Part shown: in pieces, positions 9,845-20,482 of the stretch | How positions within the stretch are numbered: position 1 is the first letter of the stretch | How the letters are laid out: every line of letters starts with the position of its first letter | Source: Candidatus Bathyarchaeota archaeon | GTDB lineage: Archaea; Thermoproteota; Bathyarchaeia; Bathyarchaeales; Bathycorpusculaceae | Direction: 5' to 3' | Length of the DNA stretch: 64,000 nt | Assembly: GCA_963770935.1 (NCBI GenBank) | Contig: CAVYRJ010000009.1 | Span: forward strand, 96,001-160,000 | Notes under the pieces: model-generated | The model's database searches: none | Told to the model about the DNA's origin: nothing | Seen by the model: only the letters and a program-made list of their open reading frames with translations | Made by a program: the position numbers and the translations under genes

Positions 9845-10366
9845 ATGAATAAAGATGAATTAAAAGCACTCGCAAAAACCGACATAAATCTTGCATCAAC
9901 AAACCTTAACGATAGCGAAATAAATTTTCTGGTCGAGACACTTAACGAAAAGGATGACAAGTTAAGATACAATGCCTTTTTGCTTTTACAGGCGAGCTCA
10001 CGCCAGTTCCCCTATGTGTACAAGTATTGGGATGAGTTTGAGAAGAAGTTGGACAACGAAAACTCGTACCAGCGGAGTCTGGGAGTAATGCTGATTGCGG
10101 AGAATGTAAGATGGGACCAAGGGGACAAGTTTAGCAAAACAATCAACAAGTACCTAAGCTGTAGTACTGATGAAAAATTCATAACCGCAAGACAAACCAT
10201 TCAAGGGCTAGAAATTATCTTGAAAACAACCGACAAATTTAACGATATAATAAAACAAACATTAGTTAATTTGCAGCTTTCGCAGTACAAAGAAAACCAA
10301 CAAAAACTGTTAAGCAAAGATGCATCAAACGTTCTCCAAAAAATTAACCGAAAGAGCATAAAGTAA
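9845..10366 (+). CDS. Hypothetical HEAT/ARM-like helical protein
   Basis: LVETLNEKDDKLRYNAF, DEKFITARQTIQGL helical repeat pattern. Confidence 0.65.
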   Translation: MNKDELKALAKTDINLASTNLNDSEINFLVETLNEKDDKLRYNAFLLLQASSRQFPYVYKYWDEFEKKLDNENSYQRSLGVMLIAENVRWDQGDKFSKTINKYLSCSTDEKFITARQTIQGLEIILKTTDKFNDIIKQTLVNLQLSQYKENQQKLLSKDASNVLQKINRKSIK

Positions 10367-10534
10367 GCACCATCAAAAACTAAAATCTATAGTATTAAAA
10401 CGAACTTTTCAATATGAATAAGAGGAATCATTTATTGTCTGTGACAACGAGAAAAGGTATGTATAGGGTTTCAGAATAATAGAGAAAAAAATACGTTTAC
10501 TTTTTGGGGATTGAAAAATAAAAAACTGGAAAAA

Positions 10535-10603
10535 CTATTTCTTTCCGGTTTTTTCTTCGTGCTTCTTCTTTTTTGCTGCGTTCTTTTTGGCTAATGAAGG
10601 CAT
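10535..10603 (-). CDS. 22-aa lysine-rich small protein MPSLAKKNAAKKKKHEEKTGKK
   Basis: GAGGA SD 5 nt before ATG; T-tracts immediately after the stop. Confidence 0.6.
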   Translation of the reverse strand: MPSLAKKNAAKKKKHEEKTGKK

Positions 10604-10750
10604 AATATTCCTCTTGATTAATTCTATTTTAATTATTATGTAGTGAAGTGCCTAAAAGCTTACCTATTAAAAATTTTAAAATACCGTTGCAAAAATTGGT
10701 TTAAGCTATATATAATAGCTCATACAGTCTCATGAAAGTAAAATTAACTG

Positions 10751-11205
10751 TTGATTTGGGGGAATATTGGGTTGGATGAAGTCTTAGAAATGTTAGATAA
10801 AACTGCTAAGCGGGTTCAGAAAGTTGTGGATGAAACAAAAGAATCCACTGTAAAACAAACAGCTATCTACGAGCAACTTCTTGCATCATGTGAAGCATCT
10901 CAGGAACAAAAGTTAAAGGCATTTATTGGAAAAACCCTAGAGTTAGACCGCTTAGAACAGGTCTGAATTCTCAACTAAGCTTACTTTATTCGCTACAGAT
11001 TTTCGCGTTTAAAGTTAAAGTGCTTGAGGTTTCAGTTTGCAAAATAAACGAGCAACTTGTAAAGTCTGGGGTTTTGCAGAAAAGCGGCGAAGTAGAAGAC
11101 ATAAAAAAGAACATTGACGCCCTCAAAATCCTAATTGAAGCCCACTACGAATCGATGAAGGAAATAAACGAAACCCAAAACAAAAATCTTGGATACATAC
11201 AATAA
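10751..11205 (+). CDS. Coiled-coil hypothetical protein, frameshift near 10960
   Basis: ORFs 10751-10966 and 11020-11205 join through the open frame LNSQLSLLYSLQIFAFKVK. Confidence 0.65.
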
Positions 11206-11285
11206 AAATAAATTAAATAAAAAGGGCAGCCTTGGTGGTTTTCACCACTCTAGGTTGTTTCTGCCTGCGTCGGTTTTGGTTTATT

Positions 11286-12206
11286 TTAGAACAGTTTTTC
11301 CCAACTTGTAACTAAGTCGAGAACTTCTTGACCTGCTTTTCCGCCGTAACTCTTCAGGCGTTCGCGTGTGTCTTTTTCAGCGATTGCTGCTTTCTGGAAT
11401 TCTTGCATTTGGGCTGCTTTGTCTGTTAAGTATAGGAGACCGTCTGCACCTGCTCTTGCCATACGGACTGAGACTGTTAAGAGTTCGCTTGCAGTTGGTG
11501 TTTCTTTTGGATCGTCGCCTGGCCCGATAACGTATAGTGCGATGTTTAGTTTGACGTTCTTGAAGAGTTTCTTGAAGTTGCGTGTAAGCATTTCCCAGTA
11601 CCAGGGTGTAGCGTAGTTCTTGCTGAACATTACGACGAACATTTCTGTTGTGAGTGGTAGCATGTCGTCGAAGTTGACGCCGAAGCGTTCATAGTTGGTA
11701 ACGGGGTCTGGTAGTATACCGATGTAGAATGGTTTCTTTGCTTTGTTGATAACTGCGTCGCTTACTTGTGCCATGTAGCCTGTGATTTCTTTGCGTCTCC
11801 ATTCATACCATGAGAGTCCGCTTTTTGCGTGTAGTTCTTTGCATCTTGGGCATGTGCAGTGGCCGTGTTCTGCGAAGTGGATGCTGTTTAGCCAGATGCC
11901 TTGGGATTTGCGGGCGACGTCTTCCATATAGACTAGTTGTTCTGCTCTGTGTTCGGGCTGTGTTGCGCAGAGGACTTCCCAGCGTACGTTGTAGTTGTCG
12001 TTGGTTCTCCATGCTGGACCAAGGTCTGATTGGCTGATCCAGTCTGGGTGGATGCGGGCGGTTACGTTGTCTCCGAAAATCGCGATGTTGCTGTACATGT
12101 CAGCTTTTGGCGGCATTCGTCTGCCTACTTCTGGTTTAACGCGGAAAAGGTCAAAGTCGAAGCCTGGAACTTTTTTTGCTTCAAACATGTATGTGCCGAA
12201 TTTCAT
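11286..12206 (-). CDS. Hypothetical protein, probable TIM-barrel glycoside-hydrolase-like fold with CxCxxC motif
   Basis: HPDWIS, LCATQPEHR, IWLNSIHF, HCTCPRC, pattern resembling GHL10-like proteins. Confidence 0.55.
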   Translation of the reverse strand: MKFGTYMFEAKKVPGFDFDLFRVKPEVGRRMPPKADMYSNIAIFGDNVTARIHPDWISQSDLGPAWRTNDNYNVRWEVLCATQPEHRAEQLVYMEDVARKSQGIWLNSIHFAEHGHCTCPRCKELHAKSGLSWYEWRRKEITGYMAQVSDAVINKAKKPFYIGILPDPVTNYERFGVNFDDMLPLTTEMFVVMFSKNYATPWYWEMLTRNFKKLFKNVKLNIALYVIGPGDDPKETPTASELLTVSVRMARAGADGLLYLTDKAAQMQEFQKAAIAEKDTRERLKSYGGKAGQEVLDLVTSWEKLF

Positions 12207-12534
12207 TTTGCTCTACCTTTTTAGACTCAAAACGTGCGGCGCGGTTATAAAGTTTTGCGTAATAAGCCAAAAACTGTCTGCAAAAAAACAAAATGCAGTT
12301 TTGAGATTGATTTCCAATACACTAATACAAGTTTTCTCTTGTTTGTTAAACTTAAAACACCATTTATTTTTGGAACCATTTTTTTAGACAAATCAAAACT
12401 ACAGAAACATAAACAGTGAAAAAAAGAAACTTTGAACTCTATAAATTCTACTTATTATCTGCGCAATCTTTTTAGGGCAAGCTCCTTTCGCAACCTTTAG
12501 TAATTATTCAACCTTAGATGTTTAGGTTCTGCCT

Positions 12535-15139
12535 ATGAGCCAATTTCATTCAAAAGACAAACAAGAACTGCTGCATTCATTAGGCGTTGACTCAGATAGG
12601 GGTTTAACGGACCAAGAGGCAGCACAGCGCCTAAACCAGCACGGAAAAAACAGCCTTGTAGAAGAGCAGGAAATCCGTTTCTTAGGCATCCTACGGGAAG
12701 AAATCACAGAACCCATGATTCTGCTCCTCATCGCCGTCGGAGTCCTCTACAGCGTACTGGGCAGCTTAACTGACGCCCTTACGATCATAGTAATAATCAT
12801 CATCCTTGTCTTGGCAGAAGTCTGGAATGAATACAGAGCTAAACGTTCGATTTCAGCTCTCAGGCAACTGGCACCACCGACCGCACTTGCGATTAGGAAC
12901 GGTCAACCAGTAGAAGTTCAAACGATGTTTTTGGTTCCTGGCGATATTTTGCTTTTGAAGGTGGGGCAAAGGGTTCCAGCGGATGCCCGACTTCTTGAAG
13001 CCTACGGGTTAGAAATTGACGAATCCTCGTTAACAGGTGAATCGTTTCCCGCCACAAAAGATGCCGACGTGGTGTTGCCGAGTGAAACTAGAATCACCGA
13101 CCAAACCAACATGCTTTTCACAGGAACCGTAGTTAATCGGGGAAGGGCAAAAGCACTCGTAGTTGCAACTGGCGTAAGTACGGAGCTTGGAAGGGTTGCT
13201 GGCATAACCAAAGCGGCGAAAGAGCCCAAAACAGCGCTTCAATTAGCGATGAAGCAGCTTTCAAAGACGCTTGTGTGGGTTGCGCTCTTCTTTAGCATCC
13301 TTATCCCTGTTTTGAGTTATCTTAGGGGGTTGCAACCTAACCCTGGCGAGGCTGTGCTCTATGGGTTATCTTTGGCGTTCGTTGTCATCCCCGAAGAACT
13401 GCCCATCATAATTACGATGGTTTTAGGTGTCGGAAGCTATGCCTTGTCCCGCAAAGGCACCATAGTGAAGCGATTGCGTGCGGCTGAAACTTTGGGAACT
13501 GTAACCGTTATAGCGACAGACAAGACGGGAACAATTACTGAGAACAAATTGCGTGTTGAGCATTTTTATTTTGACGGTACAGTGCGGTTGACGGGTGAGT
13601 TTAAAGAAAACGAAAAAGCTGCATTGAAAACTGCGCTTCTGGCAAGCGATGCCATCCGGGACAATGCCGTTTTGGGTAATCCGATGGCGCAGGCAATTTT
13701 AGAGAGGCTAAAACAGGACGGAATCGATACTCAAGCCTTATCGAAAGATTGGGTTCTCAAAAACGAGATAAGCTTTGACGTGAAGCGTAAACTAGCTACT
13801 TACTTTTACCAATACGGCAACTCCCTTATTGCCTTGTCGAGCGGTGCACCAGAGAGAATTCTTGAAAAGTCCAGCAAGATACTGCTTAGAGGGGAAGAAA
13901 CACAGCTCACAGATGACTTAAGGAGCGAGACGTTGGGAGTAATAGTGCAGATGGCGAGTTTAGGCGAACGCCTTCTGGCTTTTGGATACCGCAGATTACC
14001 AACCGACGCCACATCTGGTAGCGAAAATATTGAAGGTGACATCGTTTTTGTCGGCATAATTGGCTTTATCGACCCCCCACGCAAAGAAGTCAAAGGCGCC
14101 ATCAAAACCTGCCAAGAAGCAGGAATCAAAGTAATCATGATAACTGGCGACCACCCTGAAACTGCTAGAACAATCGCTAATCAAGTCGGCATAAACAGCG
14201 CCAATGTGCTGACGGGTAGCGAAATTGCAGAAATGTCTGATACAGACTTGAAAGAAGCATTGAAGCAGCACCTTTGTTTTTGCTCGGGTCACTCCCGAAG
14301 ACAAGCTACGCTTAGTCAGGCTGCTAAAGGAGACCGGTGAAGTGGTAGCTGTCACGGGCGACGGTATTAACGATGCTCCAGCGCTCAAAGAAGCCCACAT
14401 TGGAATTGCAATGGGCATCCGCGGGACCGATGTTGCGAAGGAAAGCGCAAGTATGATTTTAACCGACGACAACTTCGCCAACATAGAAGTCGCCGTTAAA
14501 GAGGGACGTAAATTGTACGGCAATCTACGCAAGGGCGTCTCCTACTACTTAGCATGCAAAGTGGCGTTGGTTTCAATTTTCATTGTTCCAATCATCCTTG
14601 GGATTCCTCTTCCCTTTGCACCCATTCAAATCATAGTGCTTGAACTCTTCATGGATTTGGCCGCATCAGCCACCTTCGTAGCTGAACCCGAAGAAACGGG
14701 AAACATGAAAAAGCCGCCCACGAATCCAAAAGAGAGATTCCTCAACAAATCCGTGCTAAGAACCCTATTTTTGGGGGCATTGGGCCTCTTTATAGCTGTC
14801 ACAGCTACTTTCCTATTCGCATGGTATACAACGCAAAGTTTGCCTTACGCTCGAACAGTAGCGTTTGCGACATGGATGTTTGGTCACATCTTCCTCGCAT
14901 TAAATTTCCGCTCAGAACGCGAACCCCTGATAAAGGTAGGGTTGCTTTCAAACAAAGTCATGCTGCTTTGGGCTTTGCTGGTATTTGTGACCTTACTTGT
15001 CGGAACATCTTTGCCGATAATACAGACATCTCTGCAGATTACAGGTTTAAGCCTACAGGATTGGGTCCTAGCTATTGCAGTGTCGTTTGTGGCTACGTTC
15101 TGGATGGAACTTACAAAAATTCTGGGGAAAAGCGCCTAG
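12535..15139 (+). CDS. Cation (Ca2+-type) P-type ATPase, +1 frameshift near 14268
   Basis: DESSLTGES, IPEELP, DKTGT, MITGD, TGDGINDAPALK; the two ORFs join via STFVFARVTPEDKLRLV. Confidence 0.92.
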
Positions 15140-15188
15140 CTTTTTAACCCAAACAACATATTGATGGTAAAAGGGAAGAGGGTTAAGT

Positions 15189-15584
15189 GTGCCGATAAAG
15201 TATTTTGAGGCTCCAGAAATCAAAAAACAAGTTGACCAGTTAGCGCAGGAATGCGAGTTTTACCATGTTGTGCCGCAGTTTGTTTTCTGCGTGAGAAGCA
15301 AAGGTTCGAAGGCACGGCGCACCATTGCTCGAATTCATGGTTTGGGCAAGATTTGGCAGGGCGTTTTGAACCTTCCACCGTCCTATACGATTGAGGTTAT
15401 TTCGGAGATTTTTGACAGGATGTCGGCTGAGGATAGGGAGAGAACTTTGATTCATGAACTTATGCATATTCCGGGCGGTTTCTCCGGGGGTTTTCGCCCA
15501 CATAAGGGCTATGTTGAAAGGAAAAATGTGGATTTTGTTTACAAGAAATTGCAGAATGAACGAAAGATGGTTGAGGAAGTTTAA
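15189..15584 (+). CDS. Putative metallopeptidase (archaeal/phage-like HExxH family)
   Basis: ARIHGL..IWQ, IEVISE.FD, LIHELMHIP..FSGG.RPH. Confidence 0.8.
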   Translation: MPIKYFEAPEIKKQVDQLAQECEFYHVVPQFVFCVRSKGSKARRTIARIHGLGKIWQGVLNLPPSYTIEVISEIFDRMSAEDRERTLIHELMHIPGGFSGGFRPHKGYVERKNVDFVYKKLQNERKMVEEV

Positions 15585-15784
15585 GAAGCTGCAAAGCGAC
15601 AGGGCTGCAAAACGGCAAAAACTGCTTTTTTCCTAAATTAACAGGTCTTTTTTGGGTTAGGTTTTAAGTTGGGTAACCGGGGTTATAGAAAGTTACTGCT
15701 TTGGTAACGAAAGATAAAAAAAGCATGCATAAGCTAGTAGTTGGCTAAGCAAGAAACTTTGCCGAAAAATGGTGTTTAACCCAA

Positions 15785-17462
15785 ATGAAGCACGTTATGA
15801 AAAGTCTAAAGCACAACGGCATATTCGTTCCGCCTTACGACCTTAAAGGGTTTAGCTTAAAAATTCAGGGTCAAACAATCAAACTAACCGAAAAATCTGA
15901 GCCCATGGCGATGGCATGGAGCCGCAGAGTTCTATCAACCACCATACCGCCCCCAGACAAGGTCTTTACAAAGAACTTTATGAAAGAATTTCTCGAACAA
16001 CTAAAGAAGGAAAATCCTTCAGCAGACTACTTGAACACTTTTATCCCAAAATACCTCGCCTGCATCGATAACGCACCATCCACACAAAACAACGGTTGCG
16101 AACAAGTTAACGAAATTGACTTTGGACAAGTTAAGAGCTTCATCGTTGATGAAAAAGCAAAGAAAGAAGCCATAAGCAAGGAAGAGAAGAAGCAGCAGGC
16201 TGAAGAACGCAAAGTTAAACGTTTAGAATTCAAAGAAAAATATCGGCTACGCTGAAGTTGATGGGCAAAAGCTGGAGATAGCCAACTGGACTGCTGAGCC
16301 ATCATGCCTTTTCGCTGGACGCGGTGACCACCCGCAGCGTGGCAAATGGAAGGAAGGTCCAAGCGAGCAAGACATCATTCTTAATTTGCCCAAAGACGAG
16401 AAAGGCAACCTCTTGGTGCCCCGTCCCGCTGGAAACTGGAAAGACATCGTTTGGGAACCCAACAAGATGTACGTGGCAAAGTGGGAAGACAAGCTAACTG
16501 GAAAAATCAAGTACGTCTGGTTCTCCGATACTGCGTTCCTAAAACAGAACCGTGAGAAAGAGAAGTTTCAGAAAGCCGAAACCTTGGGCAAACAAATCAA
16601 ACAAATCGAAGCACACATTCTAAAAAACCTCAACGACAAAGATGAGACAAGACGGAAAACCGCTACGGTTTCTTGGCTGATTTTGGTGCCAAATATGAGG
16701 GTTGGTGACGAAAAAGACCCAGACGAAGCCGACACCGTAGGCGCAATCACTTTGCGTAAAGAACACATCAACATCGTTGGCGATACCATCTACTTTGACT
16801 TCTTAGGCAAAGACAGCGTAAGGTGGGTCAAAGAATACAAGGCGCCACCCGAAGTCATCAAAAACATCGAGTACTTCAGCAAAACAAGCAAAGAATACCT
16901 ATTCGAAGGCATCGACTCAAAACACGTCAGTCGTTTCCTCTCCGAGAAAATGCCCAAACTCACCGCCAAAGTCTTCCGTACATGGCGATGCACAAAAACC
17001 GTCCGAGAAGAACTTGAAAAAAGCGGCGTAACCAAAGACGACCCCGACTACAAGAAAAATTTCGCTGCAAAAATGGCAAACTTGAAAGTGGCAGAAGTCG
17101 CAAACCACAAACGCAAAATTCCACCCACCTTTGACCAGCGTGTAGCCGATAAAGACTCAAAACTCAAAGATTTACAACTGCTTTTAAAAGCAAAGAAGGC
17201 TGAGGGCAAAAAAACTGAATCCCTCGAAACACGCATCGAACGCGCCAAACTCGACTTAGAACTCACCAAACTAACACGTGAATACAACCTTGGCACCTCG
17301 CTCAAATCCTACATTGATCCAACGGCATATGTGAAGTGGGCAAAGAAAGTCAAGTTCGACATCGAAAAATTCTACCCCAAAACCCTTCGCAGCAAGTTCA
17401 GTTGGGCACTCGAGCACAGAAAAGCTGAGGCTCCATGCAACACTGAGTGTATAACTCCATGA
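15785..17462 (+). CDS. top1: DNA topoisomerase IB (eukaryote-like), +1 frameshift near 16244
   Basis: SLKHNG, EPSCLFAGRGDHPQRGKWK (in the joining frame), RVGDEKD, FDFLGKDS, AKVFRT, NHKR, LGTSLKSYIDP. Confidence 0.92.
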
Positions 17463-17752
17463 GCATTGCCGAAACTAATGATGGCGTTTTCCTCACAATT
17501 TTTGTTAAACCCAACTCGGCCAAATTCAAGATTGAACTCGACGGCGACGAAATTGTTGTGCATTCCACTGAGGAGCCAGTGAAGGGAAAAGTTAACAAGG
17601 AAATCATAAAAGAATTAACCAAGTTTTTGCATACCAAAGTTGAACTTGTTTCAGGTGCCACTTCTAGAAAAAAACAATTTTTTATTAAGGGTATGCGAAA
17701 GCAGCAGTTAGAAACATTTTTAGTGGAAGCCAATTTAGTGTTTGGATATTAA
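17459..17752 (+). CDS. DUF167 (YggU-like) protein
   Basis: VKPNS, EPVKGKVN.E, SGATSRKK; ATGA overlap with top1. Confidence 0.85.
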   Translation: MSIAETNDGVFLTIFVKPNSAKFKIELDGDEIVVHSTEEPVKGKVNKEIIKELTKFLHTKVELVSGATSRKKQFFIKGMRKQQLETFLVEANLVFGY

Positions 17753-17951
17753 AAAAATTGAAATATCCTTTATAAGGGAAAAAACACGCTCTTTATCTAA
17801 TAAACAATAAAAGAGAGGGACTGCCCCCTCACCTTACCCCAATTCTGCATCCAAAAACAACTTTTTTATTTCTTCATTTCTTGATTAAAAGGCTGTTTCA
17901 CTCAAAGCCCTTAATAACCCAGACACCATTTTTCCTTAAATGTGATTAGCC

Positions 17952-18134
17952 ATGTGTGAATTTAATGTAATAGTAGACGGCAAAGTGCAATTTAGGGATG
18001 TCATCTACAGCAAAGTTGACGGAGAAAACATAACCGTTAAAAACATCATGGGAGAGGCTAGAGAATTCAAGGGCTACAAAATCGTAGAAGTCGATGTTCC
18101 CAATACAAGGCTTGTTCTTTCTGTACTAAAATAG
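17952..18134 (+). CDS. CooT-family nickel-binding protein
   Basis: N-terminal MCE, 60 aa, DV...NIMGE...I.EVD pattern. Confidence 0.75.
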   Translation: MCEFNVIVDGKVQFRDVIYSKVDGENITVKNIMGEAREFKGYKIVEVDVPNTRLVLSVLK

Positions 18135-18518
18135 TAATATAAGCCTTCAATGACGCAAAGAAAAAACCTGCTGTTGCAATCGCAAGTACTGATGGTATCA
18201 ATTTGACTATTCTTCTAAAAATAGTTGATTCAGCGTACCTCTCAACTTGAGAGGGAAAGGGCGTTTTTGTTAGTATATAAGATTGCCTATACATAGTGGG
18301 TTCAATTTGTTCCAGTGGAAATTAAGGGGTTAAACATGAACTTAGCTAAAAAACCATGGGAAAAAAAATGTGCGACTGTAAGCACGGAGGTATTTAAGGC
18401 AAGATAACTCATGCTACCCCTCAGAACAATGGCTTTTTTGTCTTTCAGGATTTATATATCCTAAAGTTGACTAGTAAAGATTGCAGCTATCAGCATACCA
18501 GCTATTTGGCAAGGAAAT

Positions 18519-19196
18519 ATGATGAGTAACAGAGAAAAATTCGACCGTGACTTAACTGCTCTTCTGTGCAGGATGACTTTTGATTCTACTCCAGAAGTTG
18601 AAAACAAACTCAACACGTTAAAAGACTGGCTTGTCAAACTCCAGAAAGAAAACGTGGTAAAAATAAACCATTCCGTGATGGAACTCGTATGCGCCAAACA
18701 CCTCATTCAAAAAGGCTACGAAGTTCAAATTGAATATTCACTTAACTCATTTTTAACGTGCGATTTATATGGCATAAAAGGTTTGGGAAACCTAATAGTT
18801 GAAATAGAAACTGGATTTATTCCGCCTGAGAACGCCTTGGCGCCCTTAACCTACACAACCGCAAGATTGGCAAGCAAAATTATCCGGTATAGCAGCTTTG
18901 CAGGAAAATTCGCGCTGGGAGTTCCACCACATTACATCTTGCCTTTTCCACGAACCTTGGCAAAACCACCAAGAAACCGTTCAGACCAGGAAATTGAACA
19001 GATAAAAAATCTCTGTGATGCTTATTACCAGAAACCACCCGTGACACTTGAAGAAATCCGCAATGCCCGAATACAGGAAATTTACATTATCGACGTTGAC
19101 CGAGCAAGAGTTCAGGAGATCGATCCAGAAGCCTACCTCAAGAGAGCAATTCAGAAAGGCATAGTTCCTGATTACATAACGCAAACTGAGGAGTAA
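18519..19196 (+). CDS. Conserved archaeal protein with restriction-endonuclease-like (D-ExE) motif
   Basis: NHSVMEL, GYEVQIEY, CDLYG, IVEIETGF. Confidence 0.65.
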   Translation: MMSNREKFDRDLTALLCRMTFDSTPEVENKLNTLKDWLVKLQKENVVKINHSVMELVCAKHLIQKGYEVQIEYSLNSFLTCDLYGIKGLGNLIVEIETGFIPPENALAPLTYTTARLASKIIRYSSFAGKFALGVPPHYILPFPRTLAKPPRNRSDQEIEQIKNLCDAYYQKPPVTLEEIRNARIQEIYIIDVDRARVQEIDPEAYLKRAIQKGIVPDYITQTEE

Positions 19197-19205
19197 CAAG
19201 CCGCA

Positions 19206-19475
19206 ATGTCGTTTTACGTTTACGTACTACTCTGTATGGATGGCAGCTTCTACACAGGCTGTACAAATGATCTGCAGGAAAGAACAAAACAGCATGAAAA
19301 CGGCAAAGGCGCAAAATACACCAAGTCACATCGACCAAAAAAAGTAGCTTACGTGGAAGTTTTCGGGTCAAGAAGTAACGCCATGAAAAGGGAGAAAGCA
19401 ATAAAAAAGTTGAGCCACCTGCAAAAACAGGATCTTATTAGTTCCCAATGCAAAAAAATAAAAAAGCTATACTAA
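19206..19475 (+). CDS. GIY-YIG nuclease (YhbQ/UPF0213-like)
   Basis: FYVYVLLC.DGSFYTG.TNDL..R..QH..GKGAKYT, AMKRE..IK. Confidence 0.92.
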   Translation: MSFYVYVLLCMDGSFYTGCTNDLQERTKQHENGKGAKYTKSHRPKKVAYVEVFGSRSNAMKREKAIKKLSHLQKQDLISSQCKKIKKLY

Positions 19476-19681
19476 GAGTGGCCGCCTAATTGCCAAAGTT
19501 TTCATTAGACGATTTGTAGCCAAAGAAACAGAGACCATCCAGTATACATGTTTTTTTTGTAAAAAATGGAAAATTGACGTTTCTGTAATTGCTCAACACT
19601 TCGAATTAATATGAAAAACGGAATTGGATAAAGCTTAAATTTCTATGCGTACAAAAGCGAGTTCTCCTCGCGGAATAAACC

Positions 19682-19921
19682 TTGAACAGACAAGACGCTA
19701 TAGCAGTATTAAGAAAAATAATGGCTAGTTGCGCTTCATTCAATACTGCGCAAGCAGCAAATATAACCAAGGATAAGGAAAAACAAGGCTGGGTTCTTAA
19801 TGTTAATTGGACTCCTTACTCTGATGAAAACGGATGCTTAGACAACATTCTTGATGAATACAATTTAGAGTCAGTAACTACAAATGGATGCACAGTTTTT
19901 CGCTCAATTCAAAAATCCTAA
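19682..19921 (+). CDS. Hypothetical protein
   Basis: 79-aa ORF with protein-like composition. Confidence 0.55.
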   Translation: MNRQDAIAVLRKIMASCASFNTAQAANITKDKEKQGWVLNVNWTPYSDENGCLDNILDEYNLESVTTNGCTVFRSIQKS

Positions 19922-19940
19922 TTTTATAAAGCTCAAGAAA

Positions 19941-20177
19941 CTAACAACCCGTGGAAATCAACAAATATCCTCTAACATTGTCTGTTCTTAATTTGTGGCT
20001 TTTAACATAAGTGTCTAACTCATTAGAAAATGATTCTTGAATCGAACCTGAATCAGTTAGAACTACGTAACCATCTGTTTCAGTATCCAAAATACCCCAC
20101 TCAAGGAAACCTTTGAATATTTTTGGATGAAATGCGTCGAATTTTTTTAGGAACTCTATAGCTTCAGCAAAATCCAT
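19941..20177 (-). CDS. Hypothetical protein
   Basis: ORF from MDFAEAIEF, AGGT SD-like upstream. Confidence 0.55.
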   Translation of the reverse strand: MDFAEAIEFLKKFDAFHPKIFKGFLEWGILDTETDGYVVLTDSGSIQESFSNELDTYVKSHKLRTDNVRGYLLISTGC

Positions 20178-20482
20178 GATAATTAACCTAATTAACTCAC
20201 ATTTGTCTAATAGAATACTTAAAGAGTTGTGATTGCAAACAAGTAGTAACAACACATTTTATTGCTTTTTTGAATTTTAAAAAATATAGAAATAAACAGC
20301 TCCATTTGTCATTTTTCCCTTTTGTGTTTGGTTGAAAGCCTAATATTCGTTTAAAACATCAAATAAAAAACAGGCAACAATGATGTGTTGCCGAAGCCCA
20401 TAATGTCTGAAGTGACCTACTTATTATCAAAATAAGTGACCGCCCGAAATATTAAAAATGTAAGGGGTAACTTGAAAAAGTT

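Noticed and set aside
11225-11260. Hairpin between convergent genes
   Set aside because: Adequately explained as a 3' end/terminator structure.
18067-18294. 75-aa minus-strand ORF with a hydrophobic stretch
   Set aside because: Overlaps cooT convergently by 68 nt and has no recognisable motif.
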